Of a stretch of 64,000 nucleotides of DNA, positions 1 through 10,699 are shown piece after piece (the first letter of the stretch is position 1; the number at the start of each line of letters is the position of its first letter). Both the position numbers and the translations under genes were made by a program. A model generated the notes under the pieces. That model was not told the origin of the DNA. It did not search any database and was given only the letters and a program-made list of their open reading frames with translations. Location of the stretch: the NCBI GenBank assembly GCA_963664705.1, contig OY761556.1, forward strand, positions 5,824,001 to 5,888,000, given 5' to 3'. This DNA is from Acidobacteriota bacterium (GTDB lineage: Bacteria > Acidobacteriota > UBA6911).

Positions 1-1131
1 CTCGGCCAGAACTCATCCAGCGAGGCGATTCCACATTTTCAACGCGCAATCGAGCTGGATCCCGACTTCGCCGTCGCACACTTGGAATTGGGCGTGGTGC
101 ATTCAAATACAGGCCAGGCTGTCCTCGGGGAAAAATCGTACGCCAAGGCCTTCGCCTTGATAAACCGCGTTAGTGAGCGTGAACGCCTGGCGATCTTAGG
201 ATCGTACTACAAAAATGTTACGGGTGAATTGAGCAAAGCTATCGCCGTTGACCAAATGCTTGTGCGCGCCTATCCACGCTCGGCGCTCGGGCACAACTGG
301 TTGTTTGGGATTTACCTGGCGACAGGCGAGTATGAGAAGGCGTTGGAGCATGGGCTGGAAGAAGCCCGCATGGAACCTCGGATTCCCATGTTCCAGTTCA
401 ATCTGTGCATTGTATATGTGAAGCTCGACCGTTTTGACGAGGCGAAGGCCGTGCTGGAGAGGATCGCGCAAAAGGAGCCGGGCAATTTACCTCTCCACCT
501 GCACCGTCTGAGCATTGCGCTCATTCAGGAAGACCAGCGAGTGCAGAAGGAAGAGATCCAATGGTTAGAGGGCAAATCCGAGGAATCCATGAGTCTGCAT
601 CTGCAATTCCTCAATGCCATTGTGCACGGGCAGCGTCGCCTGGCAAAGGGACTTTTCCAGCGCGAGTTCGAGATGGCACAGCGGCAACGCCTCGCTCTCG
701 GCGGCAAGCCTTCGCCTTCGATGGTTGATGGGCAGATGGGCGACTGCGAAGCGGCACGCAAAGCGGGGATAAATACTATCCTATGCATGGATGCGTCGGC
801 CTTACGGTTGGCTCAGGAGATGGAGGCAAAGAATCCGCCTTCGAATCCGGACGCAACCAATTTGCTCTACCTGCGGGGCCTGGAGGCTTTGTCGGCGGGC
901 AAAGGACCGGCGGCGGCGGCCGAGTTCCAGAAGATTGTTGATCATAAGGGCCGGAACTGGGGACTCTTCTACTCGCCTGCCCATCTATATCTTGCCCGCG
1001 CGCAAGCAAAAGCGGGTGAGATAGCTAAAGCCCGGGGCGCTTATGAGGACTTTCTTGCCCTCTGGAAAGACGCCGACAGGGACCTCCCCTTTTATATCCA
1101 AGCTAACAAGGAATTGGCGAGGTTGCGCTAG
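1..1131 (+). CDS. TPR-repeat protein, 5'-truncated by window (probably the C-terminal part of an acidobacterial Ser/Thr kinase-TPR or wHTH-TPR protein)
   Basis: The frame is open from base 1 (LGQNSSSEAIPHFQRAIELDPDFAVAH...). It has TPR helices and the family-typical end 'AHLYLARA...ARGAYEDFLALWKDAD.DLP'. Confidence 0.8.
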   Translation, partial: LGQNSSSEAIPHFQRAIELDPDFAVAHLELGVVHSNTGQAVLGEKSYAKAFALINRVSERERLAILGSYYKNVTGELSKAIAVDQMLVRAYPRSALGHNWLFGIYLATGEYEKALEHGLEEARMEPRIPMFQFNLCIVYVKLDRFDEAKAVLERIAQKEPGNLPLHLHRLSIALIQEDQRVQKEEIQWLEGKSEESMSLHLQFLNAIVHGQRRLAKGLFQREFEMAQRQRLALGGKPSPSMVDGQMGDCEAARKAGINTILCMDASALRLAQEMEAKNPPSNPDATNLLYLRGLEALSAGKGPAAAAEFQKIVDHKGRNWGLFYSPAHLYLARAQAKAGEIAKARGAYEDFLALWKDADRDLPFYIQANKELARLR

Positions 1132-1219
1132 CTTCGATCGTCCTTTGCAATAGTGGAAGCTGCAAATGCAAACAAAGGGCGTCAATTCGAAGCTGCGAAA
1201 ACTTGCAGGAATCGAAAGG

Positions 1220-1264
1220 AAAGCAGAATCTGCGGGCAAGTCCTTAATCCGCAGATTCTGCTTT
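1220..1264. terminator. Bidirectional terminator-like hairpin
   Basis: Perfect 16-bp inverted repeat AAAGCAGAATCTGCGG...CCGCAGATTCTGCTTT between convergent genes. Confidence 0.7.
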
Positions 1265-1289
1265 TCATGCAGTTTCCCCAGCGATGGAT

Positions 1290-2282
1290 CTATTCCCAGC
1301 CGGTCGGTGAATTGAAAGGCGCCATGATGCCAATGGCTTCTATATCGTGAATCTGGCCGCCCCATATTTTGTAGATGTGCATGGCCGGCATGTCAAAAGG
1401 CTTTTGATTGGACATATCGGATTCCGGCCGATCCGGGTTGCCCGTGATTTTGAATTTCTTCTGCGTCATCGGATGATGGAAATGTGAAAAACCGATCGCC
1501 AAACCCGTAACGGTGTCGGCGATTTCCACGCGGCGATTCTCGATCGAGGTAATGTACTGGAACGTTCCGGAGTCGATCTGTGTCGTGCAATCCTGCATGC
1601 CCAACAAGCCCGGCTTTGGCGCCGCCGTGCCCGGAATTGTGGCTCCTCCCAGCGAGGGTCCGCCGGACGGGGCCGTGCGCATACCGTTCTCATGCCGCTC
1701 GCAGTCAGAGGCAAAGGGAGCAAGATGGCCATTGTTGTTGTCCAGCGCGTCATAATAGGATTTAGCAATGTAGGTCAACCGGCCGTGCGAGTCCGCATAT
1801 TCATAGGGCACTTCCAAGGCAAAAGACGGACGATGCTTTTTCAGATTTGGATTATCGGGATTCCCCATGGGATTATTTTTATCCAGCACGATAACCAGAT
1901 GCTCGGCTTCAACGATCTTGCCGTTTGCCAGCTTAAGACGGAAACCAACCTGAGCGGGTTTTTGATCGCTCCCCATAACAACCAGGCCACCGACTTCCTG
2001 CGTAATTGGATCCGCGGCCATGATTTTAAAATCGGACGGCAGGGCGGAAGCGGTCTTCCATAAACCCTCGCCGAGTTTAATGCGTTTCACGTTTTCAACT
2101 ATTTTTACGTTACCGGCAAGCGGTACCTGTCCGGGATCATGCGCAACCATCGCTGTCAGATAATTATCGGCAAGCTTTAACAGCGCAGCTCTGTCTAATC
2201 CAGTATCGGCGGCCTGGAGTACTGCCGCTGCAGCAAACACCACAACTGCTCCAACCAATAGATAGCTCAACATTTTCTTCAT
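1290..2282 (-). CDS. Secreted uncharacterised protein, paralogue 1 of 5 (duplicated SnoaL/NTF2-like, DUF8021-like)
   Basis: Signal peptide MKKMLSY...AA. Motifs YLTAMVAHDP, LGEGLW, YYDAL..APFASDCERHENG and C-terminal TGWE are shared with four other ORFs. ATG 2282 has a GGGAG RBS. Confidence 0.8.
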   Translation of the reverse strand: MKKMLSYLLVGAVVVFAAAAVLQAADTGLDRAALLKLADNYLTAMVAHDPGQVPLAGNVKIVENVKRIKLGEGLWKTASALPSDFKIMAADPITQEVGGLVVMGSDQKPAQVGFRLKLANGKIVEAEHLVIVLDKNNPMGNPDNPNLKKHRPSFALEVPYEYADSHGRLTYIAKSYYDALDNNNGHLAPFASDCERHENGMRTAPSGGPSLGGATIPGTAAPKPGLLGMQDCTTQIDSGTFQYITSIENRRVEIADTVTGLAIGFSHFHHPMTQKKFKITGNPDRPESDMSNQKPFDMPAMHIYKIWGGQIHDIEAIGIMAPFNSPTGWE

Positions 2283-2664
2283 AAAATCGGCTCCCAACAA
2301 TACGATTTATTCCAACTAAAGATTCACCATGCGTGCTTTTTGCGGCGACGATCACGATTTGTGTAACGAAACACAGCTTAGCCTAGCGCTGTTTTCCCTA
2401 AACTTGCAACCCCTGAAAAAGGACACCCTCGAAATAAGGGCAAGGGCAAGTCGGGCACAAATTGCCTTAGATAGTGTCACGAAAGTGTGTCAAGTAGAAT
2501 TCTTGCCACAGCCGAAAGAGCTTGCGGTCGCGGGCCCTGCATCTACAAGGGTATGAATCGCTTGTCACCGCATTTATCCGAAGGGATGCCGCTAGAAAAA
2601 CTGGATCGCGTCCGACCCGTGATACGATCCCAAAACCTTGATTATTTGAATATAGGAGGAGTGC

Positions 2665-3528
2665 ATGAAGTGCCTATTGAATGTGATCGCATTGTTGTTT
2701 CTCGTTAGCTCTAATCTTCCTGCGGCTCCGGCCTGCGACCGTGAATGCCTCAAAGGTTTTGTAACAAATTACCTGGATGCCATGGTTGCCCATAAGCCGG
2801 AGTCGGTTCCTGCTGCTTCCAACCTAAAATATACAGAGGACTGCAAGGAGCTGAAACTGGGCGAAGGGGAATGGAAAATAATCACCGGCCTCACCGAATA
2901 TCGCAGAGATGTTCTGGATGTAAAAGAGGGCGTTGCGGTTTCATTCAATATCGTTAAAGAGGGAGCCGATACAAAGGCGCTCTACACCATACGCCTCAAG
3001 GTTATCGATAAGAAGATAACCGAACTTGAAACGCAGGCGGTCCATAATCAGAAGGAAGCGATGCTTTTAGATTTCGAAAATATTAAGACCATCAGCAAGA
3101 CGATGGCCTTCGTTCCGGAAAAAAGGCAGCTTCTTTCAAGGGAAGACCTCATCAAGGCCGGCAGGACATATGCCGAAGGATTGAAGGTCGGCAGCTTTGT
3201 CAAAGTGGACTCGCCCATGGCGCCTGATGCGTACCGCTTTGAAAACGGCAAGCTCATGGCCGGTCCGGGATGCACCTTTTTCAAGGGTTGCGACACCATG
3301 AAAACGCAAACCATTCCAAGGCTGTCCGGGATCACACAGCGTGTCATGGCAGTGGATGAGGAAATGGGGGTTATCGCCATCCGCATGAATTTCGGGCCTG
3401 GATCCACCTTCCAGGGGGGCGGCGAGCTGGATGTCTTTCATTCATTTAAGGTTTATGACGGCTTGATCCGCGCCGCAGAAGCCTTTTTCAAACAGGTTCC
3501 GGCAGGCACCAAATCAGGCTGGGAATAA
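2665..3528 (+). CDS. Secreted uncharacterised protein, paralogue 2 of 5
   Basis: Signal peptide, CDRECL..YLDAMVAHKP, LGEGEW, RFENG, SGWE end; GGGAG RBS. Confidence 0.8.
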   Translation: MKCLLNVIALLFLVSSNLPAAPACDRECLKGFVTNYLDAMVAHKPESVPAASNLKYTEDCKELKLGEGEWKIITGLTEYRRDVLDVKEGVAVSFNIVKEGADTKALYTIRLKVIDKKITELETQAVHNQKEAMLLDFENIKTISKTMAFVPEKRQLLSREDLIKAGRTYAEGLKVGSFVKVDSPMAPDAYRFENGKLMAGPGCTFFKGCDTMKTQTIPRLSGITQRVMAVDEEMGVIAIRMNFGPGSTFQGGGELDVFHSFKVYDGLIRAAEAFFKQVPAGTKSGWE

Positions 3529-3584
3529 ACTGAATAGTCTCGAAGTGAGGCAGTTTGCTGCGGCGCTTATAGGAGGATTCACCC

Positions 3585-5486
3585 GTGCTGAAGACCAAGT
3601 CGTTCCTGACCTTTGCGCTCTTGATAATGGTGAGCTTTTCATTCATCCCCGTCACCTTCGCGCTAAATTACTCCAACAGACTGGGGAACAAGGCCACTTT
3701 CGAGATGCTGGAAGATGCTCGTGTGAGCAGCCCCGCAGCCGCCGCTTCTCAGGCATCGGGCAAGGGGAACTTCAAGTCTCATCCTGTACTTGATGGCTAT
3801 CCCAAAGGAACCACGTATGTGTATCGGTCGGCGAACCTGTGGAGCGGGCGCGCCAACCGCTCCAATACGAATATCATGGTCTTTGCCGAGAAGTCCTTTC
3901 AGGGCAAAGATGCTGCGTTTGCCTACCTGAAAGATCTCGGCCTTATCAACATCATCGATACGGCGATCGGCAGCGTGGTGCTCGTGACGCCCTCCGATCC
4001 CAAAGCCGGTTTCGGCGCCGCCGATCAGAAGCACTATTATTCCCTCCAGACCGCAATGCTTTCGCTGGGAGGCTCTGAAAGATCCAACAATGTCACCACG
4101 ACCTACTCTGACGGCGACTACTTCGGCGGCTTCGGCTTCCTTTATGTCGTCGGCATCGACGGTGGCGCGACTTTCTTCAATAATTACATTGCCAGCACCT
4201 TCGACTACGCCAGCCGTATTGCCGGCGTTCTGCTGATCAACGGCAAGATGGATGAGGTTCGAAATGTGGCCAGTGTCCTGCCCGTCTACCTGGTGAACGC
4301 CACCGAGGCTGTTGCGGCCAAGTACAAGGCCTCGAATAAAACCGACGCCGTCAAGGGCGACGCCAAAACTACTACCTACTTTAGTCAGAATCTTCCGCTT
4401 CAGCAGGTGATTGTAAACAGAGAATCAAGTCCGAACGTGGCCGTCCTCATCAAGAGGGTTTATGATGAGATGTTCTCCAGAACAATGAGAATCCCTGTCG
4501 TCAAACAAGGTTTGCACAGCGCCGGCACGCCTTACCAGGGATATAACTTCGATCAGGCGCCCTATTCCCTGGCCGCGCGGAATGTAGTCGCGAATGGTGT
4601 GGCGCCCGATGGCATTTCCGTGTTCCCGCACCAGGAAGACCGGTTCTCCAGCCTCAAGACTAAAGCGGGTGAGTACCTGCAGACTTGGTGCGAATATGTA
4701 CCCGCCGAAGTTCTCCAAAATAGGGTCGCGCCCGGCACCATCCCACTGATCATCGCTCTCCATGGCGGCGGGGATGACCCACAGGCTTTTGTTGAGGAAG
4801 TCGGCTGGCTGGAGATGGCACGCCAGAATCGATTTATCATCGTCGCCCCGGAACACCAGGGTCTCTATTCAGATCAGGCCGTTCTTGGAGAATCGATCGC
4901 TGCACTGGCCTCTTACATGATGAAGACCTATCCCGCGATTGACTCTTCCCGTATATATGCGTCCGGCTATTCGATGGGCGGAGGGGCGACCCTCACAATT
5001 GCGACCAGCCATCCCCGGATGCTGGCAGCCGTTGTAGACATGGCCGGTGCGATGTTCACTTTCACAGACCAGATGGAGGCGCAGTTCAAAGAAGCGGACC
5101 TGCCATTCATGTACTTAACCAGCGCCTATGACCTGCAGCCCAATATAAACCCGGATGACGGAAGTCTTTCAAATAATTCCCAGGTGCTTCTGAATAAATT
5201 TATGCTTTTCAATAACATGAACCAGATCAGCTATGACTTCAGAGCGCACCCGAAGTGCGGGTTTCAGGCGGATGCCTGGTCTGAGACTTTGTTGAATGAT
5301 GAACACAAAAATTACATATGGTATCTGAATAACAGGCAGGGCGTTCCCATGGTGGCCCTCAACTATACGGCAGATCTGATTCATGCTTTGTATCCACAGT
5401 ACGCCAGGATGGCGTGGGACTACCTGATCCGGTTCTCGCGCGATCAGAAGACCGGCGCAATCAAATACAATCCTTACGCCAGATAG
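3585..5486 (+). CDS. Secreted alpha/beta-hydrolase (PHB depolymerase/LpqC-like esterase) with N-terminal extra domain
   Basis: AGGAGG RBS and GTG start; signal peptide; PLIIALHGGG, nucleophile elbow GYSMGG, C-terminal LIHA His. Confidence 0.75.
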   Translation: MLKTKSFLTFALLIMVSFSFIPVTFALNYSNRLGNKATFEMLEDARVSSPAAAASQASGKGNFKSHPVLDGYPKGTTYVYRSANLWSGRANRSNTNIMVFAEKSFQGKDAAFAYLKDLGLINIIDTAIGSVVLVTPSDPKAGFGAADQKHYYSLQTAMLSLGGSERSNNVTTTYSDGDYFGGFGFLYVVGIDGGATFFNNYIASTFDYASRIAGVLLINGKMDEVRNVASVLPVYLVNATEAVAAKYKASNKTDAVKGDAKTTTYFSQNLPLQQVIVNRESSPNVAVLIKRVYDEMFSRTMRIPVVKQGLHSAGTPYQGYNFDQAPYSLAARNVVANGVAPDGISVFPHQEDRFSSLKTKAGEYLQTWCEYVPAEVLQNRVAPGTIPLIIALHGGGDDPQAFVEEVGWLEMARQNRFIIVAPEHQGLYSDQAVLGESIAALASYMMKTYPAIDSSRIYASGYSMGGGATLTIATSHPRMLAAVVDMAGAMFTFTDQMEAQFKEADLPFMYLTSAYDLQPNINPDDGSLSNNSQVLLNKFMLFNNMNQISYDFRAHPKCGFQADAWSETLLNDEHKNYIWYLNNRQGVPMVALNYTADLIHALYPQYARMAWDYLIRFSRDQKTGAIKYNPYAR

Positions 5487-5646
5487 GTGCGGCAGCACTG
5501 CGCCCGGCGAGGCGTTGCCGGAGCGCGAAAAGTCCTTCCCCGGTGGGTCGGGGCCATAGACCATAGTTATTGAGTAAGAGGGACCGCCCAGCGGCTTGGC
5601 GCTGCTGCTATTGGGGCATACACATTTCCCTGAAAGAAGGGGTCCG

Positions 5647-6918
5647 ATGGTTACAGCAATAACAATTCACGAAGCTGCGCAGGAAACGAAGGTCCTGGCG
5701 GAAACAGATGTTGTCGTTGTAGGAGCCGGGCCGGCCGGTGTTACTGCGGCTATTGCGGCGGCACGCGAAGGTGCCGACACAATTCTGGTGGAAAGGTATG
5801 GCTTTCTGGGCGGCATGGCTACGGGTGGTTTGGTTCTGATGATAAATCAGTACCCTTCAGGCCAATGCCAGGAATGGTTGGACCGGTTGAATAAAGTTGG
5901 CGGCGTGCATGATCTCTCCAAGACCAAAGAGCCTGGTGTTTTGAAACATACTATGATGCTCGATCCTGAACTCCTGAAGTGCATTTTGAACGATATGGTC
6001 CTCGAGGCCGGCGTAAAGCAGCTTCTTCATTCCTGGAGTGCGGCCGCAATTGTGGAAAAGAACGCTGTCAAAGGAGTCATTTTTGAAAGTAAATCCGGGC
6101 GTCAGGCAATCGTCGGCAAAGCGGTCATTGACGCCACCGGCGATGGAGACGTCTTCGCCTCCGCCGGCGCCGAATTTGATGCTGCACTCGACAAAGGCTA
6201 CCGCTCCTCAGATCTTGCCATGGTTTTCCGCATAGGGGGCGTGGATTTTGATGCGTTCGCCGATTTCCGCGCGGCACAGCCCGGGAAATGGGAAGAAATC
6301 AGAAATGAAGCGTTCAAGCTGTCCGGATTTCCTTTAGTACCCGTAGCTGCCCAGCGCAAAGATGTATTCTGGGTCAATAGCTTTATACCCGGCAAGAGCA
6401 GTATTAAGGTTGAGGATCTTACCTGGGTCAACGTTAATGTGCGCAAGGCAATGCTGCCGGTTCACTCCTATTACAAAAAGAATTTGCCCGGCTTTGAAAA
6501 CAGCTACCTTTACGATAGTGCATCGCAAACTGGAACGCGCGGCAGCCGCCGTCTTATCGGCGAATATATCTTGACCGGCGAGGATGCGCGTTCCGGAAAG
6601 AAGTTTGAGGACACGGTGTTGATGTTTCCGCAGGGCGTTCCGCTCAGCTGGCCCGGAGGCGTCCAGCCGCAAAACGTAGGAATGCCTTACCGTTGTCTTG
6701 TGCCAACCAAGCTGGATGGGCTTCTCGCTTCCGGACGCTGTTTTTCATCCGACCAGGCTGCCAACACAATGTTTAATGTCATTCCACACTGTATCCAGAT
6801 GGGTCAGGCCGCGGGGACCGCTGCTGCGCTGGCTGTCCAAAACGGAGTATTGCTGCGGAACATTGATGTCAAGGCACTTCAGAGAAGGCTTATCGCGCAA
6901 GGCGTTGAATTGCCCTAG
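5647..6918 (+). CDS. FAD-dependent oxidoreductase (FAD_oxidored family)
   Basis: DVVVVGAGPAG, ERYGFLGGMATGG, IDATGDGD, PYRCLVP..LLASGRCFS, MGQAAGTAAA. Confidence 0.85.
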   Translation: MVTAITIHEAAQETKVLAETDVVVVGAGPAGVTAAIAAAREGADTILVERYGFLGGMATGGLVLMINQYPSGQCQEWLDRLNKVGGVHDLSKTKEPGVLKHTMMLDPELLKCILNDMVLEAGVKQLLHSWSAAAIVEKNAVKGVIFESKSGRQAIVGKAVIDATGDGDVFASAGAEFDAALDKGYRSSDLAMVFRIGGVDFDAFADFRAAQPGKWEEIRNEAFKLSGFPLVPVAAQRKDVFWVNSFIPGKSSIKVEDLTWVNVNVRKAMLPVHSYYKKNLPGFENSYLYDSASQTGTRGSRRLIGEYILTGEDARSGKKFEDTVLMFPQGVPLSWPGGVQPQNVGMPYRCLVPTKLDGLLASGRCFSSDQAANTMFNVIPHCIQMGQAAGTAAALAVQNGVLLRNIDVKALQRRLIAQGVELP

Positions 6919-6963
6919 AAAACGGGACGAATTTTAGAAAGCAAAAACGAGAATAAACCGGAA

Positions 6964-7752
6964 TTACAGCGCTTTGCTCCCGCCGAGAATTCTCTCGATC
7001 GCATCGCGGCAGAGCGTAAGCACTCGTGCCAATTCAGGTTCTTTTTTCGTAAACCTGACTGTTGGGGTCGGAATGGTGATTGCGGCAATCTCCCCGTCAA
7101 AGCCGATGATCGCAGTTCCGATCGCCGAAATTCCAATCGAATGCTCCTCGCGATCGAATGCAAGCCCGGTTTCCCTAATTGTGAGGAGTTCCTCTTCAAG
7201 TTTTTTCCAGGAGCGGATGGAGTTTTCGGTGAAAGCGGTCAAATGCATGCGCTTTTTAACGCGGCTCAATGCCGCATCATCAAGCGCAGCCAACATCGCT
7301 TTGCCATTTGCCGTGCAGTGCAACGGGAATGAAACTCCGATAGCGGAGACGGCTCGAAGGCGATGGGATCCGGGTATCTGATCCACGAACACCGCCTTAT
7401 CCGCATCCATGACTGCGAGGTCAACGGTCTCACCTGTTTTCTCGGAAAGCTCCCGAAGGTAGGGGGCGGCGGTTTCGGCGAGCGGGAAACGTATGGAATG
7501 GGCAATCCTGACCAAGGCCGGACCGAGTCGCAGTCGGCCGCCGGGAGACGCTGAAACTACGAAATTCTCGGAATCAAGAGCCGAAATAATTCGCTGCACA
7601 GTTGATTTGGGCAAACCGACTTTTCCGGCAAGCTGGCCGAGACTCATACCGTTGCTTCCCTCGAGCGCCCGCAAGATCTCGGCCGCGCGAGCTATGACTT
7701 GGACTCCGTTTCGGTCCCTGGCCTTGGCTTTTGTTTTCAAGCGCTCAACCAT
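6964..7752 (-). CDS. IclR family transcriptional regulator
   Basis: VQVIARAAEIL..GLPKSTVQRI HTH; LHCTANGKAML; AFDREEH. Confidence 0.92.
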   Translation of the reverse strand: MVERLKTKAKARDRNGVQVIARAAEILRALEGSNGMSLGQLAGKVGLPKSTVQRIISALDSENFVVSASPGGRLRLGPALVRIAHSIRFPLAETAAPYLRELSEKTGETVDLAVMDADKAVFVDQIPGSHRLRAVSAIGVSFPLHCTANGKAMLAALDDAALSRVKKRMHLTAFTENSIRSWKKLEEELLTIRETGLAFDREEHSIGISAIGTAIIGFDGEIAAITIPTPTVRFTKKEPELARVLTLCRDAIERILGGSKAL

Positions 7753-8662
7753 CCAGCGGTTCTCCCTTTTGCAATGCTTTCCTCAGGTACTGCGTCAGCC
7801 GATCCCGGACACCTTGTGCTGATTCCGGCGTCCACTCATAAAATCCCTTGCATGATTTCATCCCAAGGCGCTGCTCCCCAATGTAATGCGCCAACAACGG
7901 GCTGGGCTCGGGTGACGCTTCAAGATGCCGAAGGATTACATTGTGAATCGCGAGAGTCAAGTCCAGTCCCACAAGGTCAGCGTTCTCCAGCGGACCCAAT
8001 ATCGGCAGCCGAATGCCGAAGCTGTTTTTGACGACCAGATCTACTGTTTCGGCATCGCAAATACCAGCCGCTACAATTGAAATTGCTTCTCTCCACAAAG
8101 CGTGCTGTAAACGATTGCCGACAAAGCCCGGCACATCGCGTTTGACATGGACCGCCAGTTTTCCCACCCGCTTTAGCAGGTGGATGCACTTCTCGATATA
8201 AACTGGATCAGTTTGAGGCGCTTGGATGACCTCAACCAATGGGATCAAATAGGGAGGATTCCACCAGTGCGTGCCGAGGATGCGCCGCCCGGCGTCCTCG
8301 GCCTTGGCGGCGATCTCCCCAATTGGAATGACCGACGTATTGCTGGCCAGGATACAGCCGGGCTTTGTAACCTTCGATATGTCCGCGAAAATGCCCTGCT
8401 TCAATTCAAGATTCTCGGGCGCAGCCTCGAACACGATATCGGCGTTTTCAACCGCAGCTTTGAGGGCTCGGTGCAGGGTTATTCTCTCAACACTCGATGG
8501 ATCAAAGCCAAGGCTCTGCAGGTTTGCACTCACCCGCTCGGGAACTCGTGCCAGCACTTCCGGGAAAGGATCGTGGATCGCGACATCGTGCCCCATTACT
8601 GCAAAAACCTGCGCTATGCCGTGTCCCATCAACCCGGCGCCGATCACTGCAATTTTTTCCAT
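7745..8662 (-). CDS. 3-hydroxyacyl-CoA dehydrogenase family; candidate 3-hydroxy-5-oxohexanoate dehydrogenase
   Basis: GAGLMGHG, EAAPENLELK, LASNTS, GTHWWNPP, PGFVGNRLQ. The specific function is inferred from context. Confidence 0.85.
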   Translation of the reverse strand: MEKIAVIGAGLMGHGIAQVFAVMGHDVAIHDPFPEVLARVPERVSANLQSLGFDPSSVERITLHRALKAAVENADIVFEAAPENLELKQGIFADISKVTKPGCILASNTSVIPIGEIAAKAEDAGRRILGTHWWNPPYLIPLVEVIQAPQTDPVYIEKCIHLLKRVGKLAVHVKRDVPGFVGNRLQHALWREAISIVAAGICDAETVDLVVKNSFGIRLPILGPLENADLVGLDLTLAIHNVILRHLEASPEPSPLLAHYIGEQRLGMKSCKGFYEWTPESAQGVRDRLTQYLRKALQKGEPLDG

Positions 8663-8680
8663 TTTCAAGCGCCTCCTGTC

Positions 8681-9481
8681 CTATACCACTCCATATTTAT
8701 AAATTCTGGGCGGAACGGGATTGATATCCTTCTCATCAATCAACGCTGCCATCCGGACAATGGATCCATCTCCCATATACCATCGCAATGGAAGTCCCAT
8801 AATCGTAACGCGCTTCCCGACGACCATCGCGATATCGCCGCCTACGTTTTCCCAACCCATGATCCCATTTCTAAGGAGAAGATTGTGACAGGGCTCCCAT
8901 TCGGGGAAATCCGCCAGCACGTCGCGTCCTGTCATCTGCTTATATTCATCACTGAGCGACGGCATGATAGGGCCGGGCCCATGGGGACCAATTGCGGTGT
9001 GCAGAGGGTGATCCAAAGCCTGCTGGTCCACGCCTACCGCTTTTACTCCTTTGGCGACAAACCACTCGCCTGCTTCGCGTCCGAGACCGGGCGAGTAGCA
9101 GAAGTACTCCTTATTGTCTCCCCAATATTTATTCCAGCCCGTGTGGACGATCACGATATCGCCCTTTTCGATCTTAGGCGTTGCCTTTTCCAGGTCGGCG
9201 GCTGTGATCAATTCCCATCTTTTCTTTGGGATGTCCACGACAACGCCCGTCCCATAGTAAAGATCCAGCGGTAATTCATGCGTATACGGGAGTCCTTCGA
9301 CTACATGTCCCGGCGAGTCGGCATGGGTTGAGCAATGCATCACGGTTGTGATCTTCTGTGAAAGGACGCCCGATTTGGCGTGGTAATGCATGCGCTCAAC
9401 TTTGATGTCTTCGAAGTATGGCCAGAGGGGAACGCCGGGGCCAAAGGGGTGACTGAGGTCCACTAATTTCTGATTGCTCAT
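8681..9481 (-). CDS. Cyclase family metal hydrolase; candidate dihydrophloroglucinol cyclohydrolase
   Basis: VDLSHP, HCSTHADSPGH metal motif, VGVD, HNLLL..G..GWEN. Start MSNQK has a GGAG RBS. Confidence 0.85.
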   Translation of the reverse strand: MSNQKLVDLSHPFGPGVPLWPYFEDIKVERMHYHAKSGVLSQKITTVMHCSTHADSPGHVVEGLPYTHELPLDLYYGTGVVVDIPKKRWELITAADLEKATPKIEKGDIVIVHTGWNKYWGDNKEYFCYSPGLGREAGEWFVAKGVKAVGVDQQALDHPLHTAIGPHGPGPIMPSLSDEYKQMTGRDVLADFPEWEPCHNLLLRNGIMGWENVGGDIAMVVGKRVTIMGLPLRWYMGDGSIVRMAALIDEKDINPVPPRIYKYGVV

Positions 9482-9509
9482 TTCAATGTCTCCAATTTGG
9501 GTTGAGTTT

Positions 9510-10301
9510 TTATCCGGCGACTGTACCGCCGTCCACATAAAGGACTTGCCCGGTTACGAAATCGGATGCAGGCGACGCAAGATAAACGGCTGCACCCACA
9601 GAATCCTGAGTTAGGGCGGCCCTGCCCATGGGAATCCTGGACATGAAAACTTTATACAGTTGCTCGTTCTCCAATACCTCCTGTGTGAGAGGCGTCCAGA
9701 AGATGCAGGGAGCAATCGAATTCACATTGATGTTGTACTTTGCCCATTCGGTGGCCAGCTGTTTTGTGAGGAGATTCACTGCGCCTTTGCTTGTTCCATA
9801 AGCGGCATATCCTCCTGGATGCCCGGCAAATGCGCGCACAGAAGAGATTGTGATGATTTTACCCCTTTTCTTTTCTTTGAAAATTTTTGCAGCATGCTTG
9901 CAGCAAAGAAATGTTCCCCGGACATTGATATCCATGACCTGTTGCCAGTCATCAATGGGAAATTCCTCGGCGGGGAAACGCTTCGCGATTCCTGCCGCCG
10001 TGACCAGGATGTCAACAGTTCCGAACACCTTCAGAGTTTCCTGCACCATGGCCTCGACGTCTTTTTCAACGGCAACGTCGCAGCTCAGCGCCAGGGCTTT
10101 TCGGCCGGCCGCCTCAATGTCCTTTACAACGGGTTCCAGTGTCTTCAACGTGCGTCCGGTTATCACAACATTGGCGCCATATAGGGCTAGGCTTTGTGCA
10201 ATCGCTTGTCCCAGGGCGCCCGCACCTCCTGTCAGGATTGCCACCTTGCCTTCGAGACTAAACATGTTTCGGACATAATTCAAATCAACGCGAGATTCCA
10301 T
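9510..10301 (-). CDS. SDR oxidoreductase; candidate phloroglucinol reductase
   Basis: TGGAGALG, catalytic YGTSK, N-terminal 'YVRNMFSLEGKVA'; lies next to cyclase and BKACE genes. Confidence 0.85.
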   Translation of the reverse strand: MESRVDLNYVRNMFSLEGKVAILTGGAGALGQAIAQSLALYGANVVITGRTLKTLEPVVKDIEAAGRKALALSCDVAVEKDVEAMVQETLKVFGTVDILVTAAGIAKRFPAEEFPIDDWQQVMDINVRGTFLCCKHAAKIFKEKKRGKIITISSVRAFAGHPGGYAAYGTSKGAVNLLTKQLATEWAKYNINVNSIAPCIFWTPLTQEVLENEQLYKVFMSRIPMGRAALTQDSVGAAVYLASPASDFVTGQVLYVDGGTVAG

Positions 10302-10333
10302 TGATCCACCGCCTTTCGACGTACTAATCCAGA

Positions 10334-10672
10334 TTATTTATAGGTGATGATCACAAGCATGCTTGCCGGCTTATTCGTGTTGTTGATGATCGCCCTGGCT
10401 TCGTTGGGCCCAACATACAGAGAGTCTGATGCCCTCAGCACGTATGTTTGTTTGTCCGGTGAGGTGACGGTGACCTCTCCCTCGAGCACAAAATAAAGCT
10501 TTTCCGCCGGTGTGGCGTCCATCTCGGCACCCCCATTCGGCAGAAAATGAGAGAGACCCATCCAGAACTGCTGCGTTCCTGTTTCCTCTTTTCCATGCAG
10601 TCTCAACGCGGTCATGTTGAAATGCTTGGGCGGGGCATAGGGTTTTGCATCCTGCAATTCTACCTTTTTCAT
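10334..10672 (-). CDS. Cupin domain protein
   Basis: MKKVELQDAKPY start with AGGAGG RBS; LSHFLPNGG, EKLYFVLEGE, GPNEAR. Confidence 0.85.
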   Translation of the reverse strand: MKKVELQDAKPYAPPKHFNMTALRLHGKEETGTQQFWMGLSHFLPNGGAEMDATPAEKLYFVLEGEVTVTSPDKQTYVLRASDSLYVGPNEARAIINNTNKPASMLVIITYK

Positions 10673-10699
10673 TCCGGCCTCCTTTATTGTTGCTGAGTG

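Noticed and set aside
8180-9274. 364-aa + strand ORF and other long shadow ORFs (22159-23250, 41850-42647, 11491-12117)
   Set aside because: They are antisense to well-supported genes and have no motifs.
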